Positions 26,859 to 35,538 of a DNA stretch of 55,769 nucleotides are shown piece after piece. The stretch lies in UHGV virus genome UHGV-0212364, one strand, 5' to 3'. Position numbers and translations under genes: made by a program. Within the stretch, counting starts at the first letter, position 1, and every line of letters begins with the position of its first letter. Source of the DNA: a virus. The notes under the pieces were generated by a model, which made no database searches, had not been told where the DNA came from, and worked only from the letters and a program-made list of their open reading frames with translations.

Positions 26859-28312
26859 CAGTCACCGCCGCCGCCATCGTCGCGTTCGGTGACTATTTCC
26901 TCAACCGACGTGTTCCGTTCCGAACTCTGGCCTACCTGCTTGCGGTATTCCTCCAGTTCGGCCTCCGCTTCGGCCTGCCGCTGCTTCTCGTACTCCATGC
27001 TCGCGGTATATGCCACCTCAGGGTCGGCGAACATGCCGCAATGTGCAAATGCAAGCCGGGGATGAATCTTATCGCTGGACAGCATTTGCAAAAGCACCTG
27101 CGCTTTTTCCTGAAGGTTCTCATAATTGCGGCGCGTGAAGCGAATCTCGATAGAGGACGCATTGAAGTCGTCATCCGCAACTATGTTGGCTATGTTCATC
27201 GCGATTTTCAAAAAGCGCCGCTCGCTCTTTTTGAAAAGCAGCTCCGTGTCTTTGGCGCGGGCTTCTGCCGACTGCCAGCCGTTTTTCAGTATTACAGCGC
27301 CGTTGTTGGACGAATCCGACGTATTGCCGCCGCTCGTGGACGGCATACCGCATATCGTCAGCACCGTTTGGTACATGTAATCGACAAGCGTCTGGGTCTG
27401 CGTCTGGTTGAGTTCCTGCGTCAGATACTTTGCGTCGCCGTCCGACGGCACGAGAAGGCCGCCCTGCCTGAGCAGTTCCTTGTACTGGTCGCCGTCAACG
27501 TCCACGTTCTTCAAAACCAGCAGCGCTTGGACGAACTGTTCCAGACCGTCCGCGCGGTTTGAAGCGATGGTGTTGATTGCGTCCAGCATGGGAAGCACTA
27601 TTTCAAACGCGCCCTGCCGCGCCATGTTGGCCTCGTATTCGACTATGGGCACTGCGCCCAGCGAATGCGGCGTTTCGGACACGATGGAGCCGTTCTCGAT
27701 CTCAAAGTATCGGTCTTTGGTGTACACGCAATACAGCTCGCTGCCGTTCTGGCGGCTAACCACGTACACGCCCATAACGGGTTCATTGCCCAGTCCAGAC
27801 CAGAAAACAACAAACGTGCGCATGGGGTTCAGCGTGTACAGTGTAAATGGCGCGTCGTCAATTTCGCTGTCGTTTGACGGAAGCACCATGCGATAGGCAA
27901 CGCCGCATATCGAAAACCAGTCGGCCAGCTCTTTATCGAGCGCCGCCTTATTGTTGGCGTACATGTACCGATTCAGCTTATTGAGCGCTTCAGCGTCGGC
28001 GCTGTCATCAGCGTCGCGGCTTACGTACTGTACGGGCTCGCCCATGAGATAGCCAACTTTGAAGCTCACGATCTCGTTCGCGTGGTTCTCGACAATGCGG
28101 TTGTTAATCTCGGCGCGTATTTCCTTCTTGCGATGAAGCACCGGCTGATCTCCGCGATAGTAGTCGTACAGAAACGCGATCTCCGCGCGGTTCTGCGAGT
28201 GAACTATCATCGCCTGATTCAGCACGTCCAGCACGTTCTGACGGCTGATAACCCGTTCGTCGGTGTATATCGCTCTGCGGCCAAACATGGCCGGTATGCC
28301 GTCAAACTGCAT
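26858..28312 (-). CDS. Portal protein, SPP1 gp6-like
   Basis: YYRGDQ, NNRIVEN, GYLMGEPVQY, VPIVEY. Confidence 0.9.
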   Translation of the reverse strand: MQFDGIPAMFGRRAIYTDERVISRQNVLDVLNQAMIVHSQNRAEIAFLYDYYRGDQPVLHRKKEIRAEINNRIVENHANEIVSFKVGYLMGEPVQYVSRDADDSADAEALNKLNRYMYANNKAALDKELADWFSICGVAYRMVLPSNDSEIDDAPFTLYTLNPMRTFVVFWSGLGNEPVMGVYVVSRQNGSELYCVYTKDRYFEIENGSIVSETPHSLGAVPIVEYEANMARQGAFEIVLPMLDAINTIASNRADGLEQFVQALLVLKNVDVDGDQYKELLRQGGLLVPSDGDAKYLTQELNQTQTQTLVDYMYQTVLTICGMPSTSGGNTSDSSNNGAVILKNGWQSAEARAKDTELLFKKSERRFLKIAMNIANIVADDDFNASSIEIRFTRRNYENLQEKAQVLLQMLSSDKIHPRLAFAHCGMFADPEVAYTASMEYEKQRQAEAEAELEEYRKQVGQSSERNTSVEEIVTERDDGGGGD

Positions 28313-28400
28313 CGCGCTTCATCTCCTGTCGCCGTTTATTATATGCCATTATTATGTTCTCACAACGAGCGGTCGATTGCAACGAACAAATGTGCGCCTT

Positions 28401-30059
28401 TTAGAACATACGCCGGAATATTGCGACGCGCCGCTGTATGCCAAACGCCATGTCTGCGGCCATTGCCAGCGAATCGGGCGCGTCGTCGTGTTTATTCTTG
28501 CCGGTAATCTTGAACGAGTACACGTTTTGCATGAACGCGCTGTACGCTTTAGAGCGCTGACCATCCTCCAGAAACAGAAAGTGCAAACGTATGTCCGGCG
28601 CGCGGTCAAGTATGCGCTGCTCCTTTGAAGTTGTGGGCGGCGCAGGTTTGGTCGTCAGCGTCACATGATACCCGCGTTTTTTAAGTTCGTCGTCCACGCC
28701 ATCCTTGAACGCCTCCGTGGTCTTATTGGCTTCAATTTGCATTCGCTGTACGCCGTATTTCTGGGCTACGGCCGCAAGCAGCGGCTGGGTGGTGCGCTTG
28801 TCGCCGGAGTTGTAGACCACATCGACCACGTATATGTCGTCGCCGTACTGGTAGCATACCGGGCTTGCTACAAAGTCGGAACCGCCGTATGCCGGGTCAA
28901 CGGCCATGAATGCACGGTCAGGATCGCCGCCGGGCAGTGAGCCATTGAAAAAACGCATGTTTTCAGGCTCGAACAGCGTGCCGTCGCGTTCTACCGGCTG
29001 TCCCATGTACTGAGCGTTCCACGACGCTATATCGCCGTTTCTTTCAAACGACGCGCGCCTTTGCATGTAGTACTCCGTGCTGAACCCGACGTTGTAGTCG
29101 TAATTGAAGTTGCTGTTGCCCTTGTCATTGAGCGCAGGCATGTTGATTATCTTGTACTTGCGCTTTTTGAACCGCTTATCGTTGGTCAGCAGCTCCATTC
29201 TCAGTCCTGCCGGGTCAATCATCGACCATCTTGTACCGCACCAGAGTATGCGCGCATTGCTCTTTGCGCGGGTTATCAGGTTATTGTCCACCTTCAGCCA
29301 CGCACTCATCATGCGGTCATGGCTCAATGCCTCCTCGATGCCGCCTATAAGGTCATCCGAGATTAAAAAACCGCTGCAATCGCACGCGCCGTTCAGCGTG
29401 CCGTACAGTGACCGGCAGGTCAGCGACGGGTAACGCTTCTTGCGGTCAAGGTTTATCGTCTCGCTTGAGGCGTTGGTCTGCACAATCTTACTGTTCGGGA
29501 ACACGTCGCTCCAAAGATATGTATGCGGGTCAGTGATTATCTCCAGCACGCCCTGATAAAACGCATTCGTGATAACGTCCGAGTAGGCCGAATACAAATT
29601 CGCCTGTTCACTGTTGCGCCCCAACAGCCATGTGGTCAAAAACATAAGCAGCGTAGTCTTGCCAACTCGCGGCGGACAGCTTATAAACGCTTCGTCCAGC
29701 TTGCCGTCGGCCAAATCCTGCATCATCTGCACCGCGTCCAGCAGTACGCGGCGGCGCGGCTGATAAAACCTCTCGGCGGGCGGGCGCTCTATCTCAAGGT
29801 ACAGCATGTATGCGTCCAGCGATACGTCAGCGTCGAACAACAGGCTTGATTTATACGGCTTAAACAGCTCGTTTTTTGCGCCGATTGTGTTGCGCACAAT
29901 GATATTGCGCATCTGAGTATTAATCTCGTGCGCCCTTCCTAAAAGGCCATTTTTTTTCATATCCTTGCAGACATTTAGCACGTCCTCATATGCGCCCGCG
30001 TCCAGCGGCTTTTCCTGGATTACGTCAAATATGCGGCTCACAAGTCGCTCATAGTCCAT
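28401..30059 (-). CDS. terL: Terminase large subunit
   Basis: PPRVGKT Walker A, ISDD, GTRW, AVDPAYGG, HDDAPDSLA. Confidence 0.92.
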   Translation of the reverse strand: MDYERLVSRIFDVIQEKPLDAGAYEDVLNVCKDMKKNGLLGRAHEINTQMRNIIVRNTIGAKNELFKPYKSSLLFDADVSLDAYMLYLEIERPPAERFYQPRRRVLLDAVQMMQDLADGKLDEAFISCPPRVGKTTLLMFLTTWLLGRNSEQANLYSAYSDVITNAFYQGVLEIITDPHTYLWSDVFPNSKIVQTNASSETINLDRKKRYPSLTCRSLYGTLNGACDCSGFLISDDLIGGIEEALSHDRMMSAWLKVDNNLITRAKSNARILWCGTRWSMIDPAGLRMELLTNDKRFKKRKYKIINMPALNDKGNSNFNYDYNVGFSTEYYMQRRASFERNGDIASWNAQYMGQPVERDGTLFEPENMRFFNGSLPGGDPDRAFMAVDPAYGGSDFVASPVCYQYGDDIYVVDVVYNSGDKRTTQPLLAAVAQKYGVQRMQIEANKTTEAFKDGVDDELKKRGYHVTLTTKPAPPTTSKEQRILDRAPDIRLHFLFLEDGQRSKAYSAFMQNVYSFKITGKNKHDDAPDSLAMAADMAFGIQRRVAIFRRMF

Positions 30060-30083
30060 TTTTCTCCCTCCCTTTTTTCAAAC

Positions 30084-30159
30084 AAAAAAAGAGCCGATCA
30101 AAGCAATGCTTATAAAAGCAAAGCCCCAATCGGCTCTTATCTGCACCCGTTTATGCAGA
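30084..30159 (-). promoter_or_regulatory. Twin-hairpin attenuator, copy 1 (before terL)
   Basis: UCUGCAU-AAACGG-GUGCAGA and AGAGCC-GAUUGG-GGCUUU overlapping a U7 terminator. Confidence 0.7.
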
Positions 30160-30174
30160 CGTTAACTATTCAGT

Positions 30175-30324
30175 TTACCACCTGCGAAAATGATGGTACA
30201 TGTCAACGCGGTTTCTTCTATGCCCCGGCGGCATGAACATGAACTCAAACAGCCAGCGGATGACCGCAATCGGAAACCAGAACGGCCAAAACAGTATCTT
30301 GAACAGCACGTAAAACATATCCAT
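30175..30324 (-). CDS. 49-aa aromatic hydrophobic peptide (below ORF-track cutoff)
   Basis: SD GGAGGG; MDMFYVLFKILFWPFWFPIAVIRWLFEFMFMPPGHRRNRVDMYHHFRRW. Confidence 0.6.
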   Translation of the reverse strand: MDMFYVLFKILFWPFWFPIAVIRWLFEFMFMPPGHRRNRVDMYHHFRRW

Positions 30325-30339
30325 TCCCTCCAAATCGTC

Positions 30340-30942
30340 TTAGTTCGCCATCATCAAGTTAAGTTCCTTTGCGCGATTATACAGTGTCCTTGGAGATATG
30401 CCCAACGCCTTACAGCAATCCTCCCGCGTCATTTCGCCTGACTTATACGCCAGCCAGTAATCTTCTATCCCGTCCGTGTTCTTCTTTGGCCGCCCGTATT
30501 CGTCCCACGTCCCCGATTTACGCTTGGCTTCTATCCCCTCGCGCTGACGCTCCCTTATCATCATGCGCTCCTGCTCCGCAACGCTCGCCATAACCTCAAT
30601 CAGGATATTCGTTACCATGTCGCCTACCCATTCCTGACCGTCCATCTCAATGAGCGTCGTCGGTATGTCCAGTATCCGCAGCTTTACGCCATGTTCCTTG
30701 AACCACTGGATTTCATCTTTCACAAGGTTCTTATCCCTGCCCAGCCGGTCAAGTGATTTCACAACTACTTCATCGCCCTTCTGAAGCATCGATTTCATGC
30801 GCTGATACTCTACTCTGTTAAAGTTCTTCCCGCTCATTTTGTCAGAAAAGATTTCGTCAACGCCTTTATACTTTTTCGCCGCCTCAATCTGCCTTGCCAG
30901 ATTTTGCTCCACTGTCGACACTCTCGCGTAAAAGTAAATCAT
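30340..30942 (-). CDS. Small serine recombinase (resolvase)
   Basis: YARVST..Q, SLDRLGR, ER..I.ERQREG, GRP, C-terminal HTH; 200 aa. Confidence 0.93.
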   Translation of the reverse strand: MIYFYARVSTVEQNLARQIEAAKKYKGVDEIFSDKMSGKNFNRVEYQRMKSMLQKGDEVVVKSLDRLGRDKNLVKDEIQWFKEHGVKLRILDIPTTLIEMDGQEWVGDMVTNILIEVMASVAEQERMMIRERQREGIEAKRKSGTWDEYGRPKKNTDGIEDYWLAYKSGEMTREDCCKALGISPRTLYNRAKELNLMMAN

Positions 30943-31213
30943 CGATCTTCCATTCCTTTCCGCTGCCCATCTTGTCTCGGACTATCAATTCAGCGCCTAG
31001 GGCTTCAAGAGCGCGTATATACGTCGCTATCGTTATGCTTCTTTTAGAGTTGCCGCCCGCATTATTGTTCAGCAATTGACTGACCCCGGATTGATAAGTA
31101 TATCCCATCTCATGTGCAAACTCGGTTTGCGTCCATCCACGCATTTTATAAAGCTCTCGTATTACTTCTTTGGAATCCGCTTCTTGGGGCGCTACTTTTG
31201 CTATCTTCGGCAT
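30884..31213 (-). CDS. XRE-type HTH regulator
   Basis: RGWTQTEFAHEMG...SGVSQLL. Confidence 0.75.
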   Translation of the reverse strand: MPKIAKVAPQEADSKEVIRELYKMRGWTQTEFAHEMGYTYQSGVSQLLNNNAGGNSKRSITIATYIRALEALGAELIVRDKMGSGKEWKIDDLLLRESVDSGAKSGKAD

Positions 31214-31231
31214 TTCATTCACCTCATACAC

Positions 31232-31260
31232 ATTATATCACATACGTGTGTTAATGTCAA
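31232..31260 (-). promoter_or_regulatory. Consensus promoter for the HTH-resolvase-terL operon
   Basis: TTGACA-TTAACACACGTATGTGA-TATAAT. Confidence 0.85.
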
Positions 31261-31647
31261 TATTTTTTTGAATGTGGTCGGGGGGCTAACCGGGGGGGAC
31301 AGCTAATTGGCCATACCCCCACGGAGGGCAGACGCTCAGACGCATAGCCGCCAGGGGGCGCGTGCATAAAAGCGACTGAGGGCGGGCGTCGCGTGCCTCT
31401 CAAGCCGGGGGGGCGGTTGAAGTCCTCCGTGACAGCTTGTGGGCGCGTGCAAGGGCAGGCAAAAGACGCGCAAGGGCGCGCGGCAGGGGCGCAAGAGGCC
31501 ATACAGTGCGCCGGTTGAGGGGGCACGTGGGTGTGATAAACTTAATCATAAAGTGTATGATTAAATTGAACACGTTGCATCATTGCACAAACGCGGGCTT
31601 TTGTGCAAAAAAGTCGCCAAAAAGCGCAAAAAGACTGCCTGAAACGC

Positions 31648-31676
31648 TTGACAATAACACTGATATGTGTTATAAT
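31648..31676 (+). promoter_or_regulatory. Consensus promoter for the accessory cassette
   Basis: TTGACA-ATAACACTGATATGTGT-TATAAT. Confidence 0.85.
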
Positions 31677-31838
31677 AAACACGTGGTCAGGGGACGCCGC
31701 AAATATGACATGCGGCGCGGGCGGATAAAGAACCGGGTCAATTTTGTCCCGCTCAATAAAAATCCGCCCCACAATATAAAACCACAGTATCATAGGGCTA
31801 CTTCAGTAATAATAATAATAATATAGGGGGACGGATAC

Positions 31839-32252
31839 ATGAATCTGTTTGACATTGGTGCACGCATGTGCAAAGTGGGCAGGACCTCAATTACGGTATG
31901 CGACGAGCACGGTAAAACGTGCGGCGTCGTCCGCAACGTGGAGGTACTTGGGAAAGAGGTGCAAGCAAATAAATTGTTTGACTTGCACAGCTGGGTGCAC
32001 AAGCACTGCGCCGCCCCTGCCATTCGCAATGCCAGGTCGTGCTGGCTTAAATATGACGGGGAATATATGTTTGTCCTTGACGCGGACACGCGCGAATATT
32101 GTGAAAACTGGCTCGCGGAACATGGGGATTATGACTATGGTGAAAGCAAAAAGTTGGGAAATTTCAACGCGGCTGTTCAAGCGTTGGAAGCGGCTGGCGT
32201 TAAATACGTCTGGCTACACACTCAACAACGTTACGGATATCAAGGCGCCTAA
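31839..32252 (+). CDS. Hypothetical protein
   Basis: SD AGGGGG; first gene of the cassette. Confidence 0.65.
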   Translation: MNLFDIGARMCKVGRTSITVCDEHGKTCGVVRNVEVLGKEVQANKLFDLHSWVHKHCAAPAIRNARSCWLKYDGEYMFVLDADTREYCENWLAEHGDYDYGESKKLGNFNAAVQALEAAGVKYVWLHTQQRYGYQGA

Positions 32253-32315
32253 AGGCTCTAATAAGCCGTAGGCCGCGCGGATGAATTAAGAGGGGAAAAA
32301 GAGGAGGTACAAAAA

Positions 32316-32969
32316 ATGACATACTACATCGACTCTACCAAGCTGGCTAACATCACTGCCGATACCTGGCGGCACATCAAGAACGGCGACGCGCTAGACC
32401 AAATAGCGCGCGACACTCACGACCGTGCGGGCACTTTTGAGGGGCTTGAACGTCTCAGTGCCTACGACCTCTACCGGATTGCGGACGTCGCGCCTGCGTG
32501 GGACTGCGTGGAGCTGGACGCCTACCACCAGATAGCCGAGGACGCCGGGCTTGACCCCGACGACTACGACGACGTTGACGCGCTCATGAGCGCGGCCGAC
32601 GGTAGGGTTGCCCTGCTGGCTGAAGCCGCCGGTATGCTTACATCCGATACCCGATATAGGGTATACGAGGACAACGGCGGGTTTGTCCGCCTGTACATCT
32701 GCGACTGTGCTGGCACGCCAGTCGCAGTAGTCGCGGGATGGGAGCAATCGCCCGAGGGCCAGCTCCTAAACGCGCTGCTGGAACTCCACGCGGACGCGGA
32801 CGCGTGGCAGGGCTGGGATCTGGAGGATCTGGATCCCGACGAGCTGCTAGAGTGGGAGCGGCAAGATGCGGACAGCAGTGCCGAGGTCTGCGATTGCGGC
32901 AGGCTGGACGTTGCCGCCTGCGGAGCCGGCGCGGCTTATGCGCTGGGTCTGCGCCCTTGGCCCGTCTGA
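32316..32969 (+). CDS. Highly acidic hypothetical protein
   Basis: SD AGGAGGT; Asp/Glu-rich. Confidence 0.75.
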   Translation: MTYYIDSTKLANITADTWRHIKNGDALDQIARDTHDRAGTFEGLERLSAYDLYRIADVAPAWDCVELDAYHQIAEDAGLDPDDYDDVDALMSAADGRVALLAEAAGMLTSDTRYRVYEDNGGFVRLYICDCAGTPVAVVAGWEQSPEGQLLNALLELHADADAWQGWDLEDLDPDELLEWERQDADSSAEVCDCGRLDVAACGAGAAYALGLRPWPV

Positions 32970-33032
32970 CGACGGCCTGCCGGTAACAGGCCGAAACGCG
33001 GCGGCAATACGCCGCCGTGTCACGGGAAACCG
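32961..33032 (+). ncRNA. Hammerhead ribozyme, type I
   Basis: Stem I CCCGU/ACGGG, CUGACGA, stem II GGCCUG/CAGGCC, GAAA, 9-bp stem III, GUC cleavage triplet (cut after 33021). Confidence 0.85.
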
Positions 33033-33041
33033 AATTATCAA

Positions 33042-33482
33042 ATGGAGGGCAAAAAAATGGAAATGGACAAGAAGAACATGAACGAGGTCGCCCAGGAAGT
33101 TCGCGTTATGTATGAACGCGACGTGCTCGAAATCCGCCGCGCGGTAGTAACCGCGCAGGCGTATTACAGCATGTATCAGCGCACAAATAAGCGCCAGTAT
33201 GCGTTTGCGTGCGCGGCAGAATGCCGCAAGGCCCGCAACGTTATGCGGAGTGAAGAGGCCGTAGAGGCCGAACTGTACGATGATGTACAGTGGTTAGGCC
33301 CGCGCGGCTTAATCGTGACAATGGGATACCGCCGCGTGGTATACCCGCACATCGTGTTTTTACAAGATGCCGAAGACGTGATACGCGATTTGGAGACCCG
33401 CACGTTTTTGGCGCGTGCGACGGGACGTTATCGTCGCATAGTGCCCACGTCTCCGCACTATAACCGTTCGCACGTCGCATAA
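33042..33482 (+). CDS. Hypothetical protein
   Basis: ORF in cassette; start probably 33057 after GGAGGG. Confidence 0.6.
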   Translation: MEGKKMEMDKKNMNEVAQEVRVMYERDVLEIRRAVVTAQAYYSMYQRTNKRQYAFACAAECRKARNVMRSEEAVEAELYDDVQWLGPRGLIVTMGYRRVVYPHIVFLQDAEDVIRDLETRTFLARATGRYRRIVPTSPHYNRSHVA

Positions 33483-33548
33483 AGATACGCGGCGGACGGT
33501 TTGACATGTGAATGCGCGCCTTACGCAGGCGCATAGGAGGTACAAAGT

Positions 33549-33944
33549 ATGAGAACGGTTGAGGACTTTGACGCGATGACTCTCGAGGAGCGCAGTCGGG
33601 AATGGGCGCAACTCACGGATGCGGCGAAAACGCTGTACGGCTACTACGAATTGAGCAAGGATGGCAAGCCCAGCACAACCGTCAAGGCATTCGTTGACGA
33701 GGTGGGCCGTGATGAGGCCAGCAAAGTTATAGCAACGCTGGTCAATAACGCGACATACTTCGGGCACATTTCTCCCGCTGCTGCGCATTGGGCGTCGAGC
33801 GTGCCCGCTGCATGGGACAAAAAAGCCACGCTGGAACTGGAGGTCGATATATTTAGCGACATTCCCCCGGTGCATCTTAACCAGATTGCACGGGTTATGA
33901 TGGGTGGGTGTAAATCATGCCGGTACAGCGCCGTAACCGTCTGA
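33549..33944 (+). CDS. Hypothetical protein
   Basis: SD AGGAGGT. Confidence 0.7.
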   Translation: MRTVEDFDAMTLEERSREWAQLTDAAKTLYGYYELSKDGKPSTTVKAFVDEVGRDEASKVIATLVNNATYFGHISPAAAHWASSVPAAWDKKATLELEVDIFSDIPPVHLNQIARVMMGGCKSCRYSAVTV

Positions 33945-33980
33945 GATGGCGCGCATGTAACAACAAAAAAAAGCCGAGGA

Positions 33981-34187
33981 CTAATCCTCGGCAGGCTGTT
34001 CGGTGTCAGCATCGCGGAGCATCGCTTCCACGACTGCCGACATGACGTAAGCGTTAATCGACAAGCCGTTCATCTCAGCACGCCGTCGAATCGTCTCCTT
34101 GTAACCCTTGGGGACACATAAAGTAATACGGTCATATGCCTTAGCGTTCCACTTGTTTTTAGACGCTGCACTTGTTTTCCCGCCCAT
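33981..34187 (-). CDS. Arc/RHH-like small DNA-binding protein
   Basis: KWNAKAYDRITLCVPKG.KETI...A...G.SINAYV; SD AAGGAG; the longer ORF in the track is an antisense shadow. Confidence 0.8.
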   Translation of the reverse strand: MGGKTSAASKNKWNAKAYDRITLCVPKGYKETIRRRAEMNGLSINAYVMSAVVEAMLRDADTEQPAED

Positions 34188-34339
34188 GACACTCACTCCT
34201 TTTCGCGGTAAAGTATACCATAATGTACACACTTGCGTAAGTAGGCAAATTGTACAAACGCTTTCATGCAGGTATGGACGGTTTTCCGGGGTTGCGTACT
34301 TTGCAAAGTAGGCGTATAATATATCTGAGCAGAGGAAAC

Positions 34340-34395
34340 GCAGAGTGACGGCCCACATGGGCCGGTAATGCGGCGAGCCGGTCACAAGCCCGGCT
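34340..34395 (+). ncRNA. Twister ribozyme (circularly permuted, P5-type)
   Basis: GCA-GAG-UGA, P1 CGGCCC/GGGCCG, U^AA-UGC-GGC, P4 AGCCGG-UCACAAGC-CCGGCU; cut 34366/34367. Confidence 0.8.
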
Positions 34396-34418
34396 AATAT
34401 ATACGCATGGAGGACAAA

Positions 34419-35351
34419 ATGGGAAAGAAGTATGAGCTGGTCAAAGAAGAGTCCATGATAGTAGACGAGATATATACGGTATACCGCGTTAAGGCGCTGC
34501 GCGATTTCGGTGACGTTCACGCGGGCGACGTGGGCGGCTGGGTCGAGTACGACGGTGATATAAGCGACGACGGCAGCGCTTGGGTATACGATGATGCTAA
34601 AATTTACGGCGGCACCATAGTATGTGACGATGCCAAAGTCGGCGGAAACGCTTGCATCATGGACGGCCGCATTTATGGCAATGCCCGCGTGTACGGCAAT
34701 GCCTACGTCGAAACCACCCACGTTTACGGCAATGCCGAGGTATGCGGCGATGCCAATGTACACGGCGGTGACGTATACGGCGGCGCAAAAGTTTACGGTC
34801 GCGCAGAAATACAGGGCGAAGCCAAGGTTTACGGGAATGCCGAAGTATACGGTTTGAGCCTGATAAGCGACAACGCGCAAGTGTATGGCAGCGCGAAAAT
34901 CCACGGCGACGGCGAATGCTGTGTCAGCGTATGCGATAACGCCGAGGTCTGCGAGAATGCCGAAGTATGTGGGCACGCGTCCGTGTATGGCAACGCCAAA
35001 GTCACCGACAATGTTAAAATCAGTGGGCGCGCTCAAATTTATGGGCAAGCGAAGGTTTGGGGCGACGCTAAAGTATACGGTTGCGCCGAAGTTTACGGTA
35101 AAGCAGATGTTGGGGGCGACGCTAAAGTATACGATTACGCCACGGTTTGCGACGAAGCGAAAGTATACGATGACGCGAAGGTATACGGCCACGCCAGAAT
35201 ATATGATTGGCCTAAGGTATACGGCAACGCTGAGATATACGACCATGCCGAAATATTCGGCGATGCAGAGGTGTACGGAGACACTAAAGTTTGTGGAGAC
35301 ACTAAAATCGATACCTGGGATGTTGACGCTTGGGGGGATGAAAATGAATGA
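34419..35351 (+). CDS. Hexapeptide-repeat beta-helix protein
   Basis: RVKALRDFGDV..GD.GGWVE followed by (VYGNAK)n. Confidence 0.85.
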   Translation: MGKKYELVKEESMIVDEIYTVYRVKALRDFGDVHAGDVGGWVEYDGDISDDGSAWVYDDAKIYGGTIVCDDAKVGGNACIMDGRIYGNARVYGNAYVETTHVYGNAEVCGDANVHGGDVYGGAKVYGRAEIQGEAKVYGNAEVYGLSLISDNAQVYGSAKIHGDGECCVSVCDNAEVCENAEVCGHASVYGNAKVTDNVKISGRAQIYGQAKVWGDAKVYGCAEVYGKADVGGDAKVYDYATVCDEAKVYDDAKVYGHARIYDWPKVYGNAEIYDHAEIFGDAEVYGDTKVCGDTKIDTWDVDAWGDENE

Positions 35352-35538
35352 CCTGCGAATCTACGTCGAGTATGTAATCGAGGGCGAGCCGCCCGAGAAC
35401 CTGCATATAGATTCGTTCCATTCATGGGACGCGTACTACAACGCCACGTTCAGTCCGGCAATCTGGGTTACGAGGTTCGTTTACTCAACCCCGCATACAT
35501 TTAAGGAGGTGAATCGCGCCTATACGCGCGCGTAACAT

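Noticed and set aside
30340..30942. Serine integrase or tail-fibre invertase
   Set aside because: Too short for a large serine integrase, and I found no inverted tail cassette or flanking inverted repeats; resolvase fits better
31681..31700. Pistol ribozyme-like start CGTGGTCAGGG
   Set aside because: The complementary P1 arm and downstream pistol core are missing
34188..35535. Long alternative ORFs (5' part of 33981-35246; 34885-35343)
   Set aside because: Frame and antisense shadows of the hexapeptide repeat gene; only the 68-aa Arc-like part and possibly 35344-35535 look real
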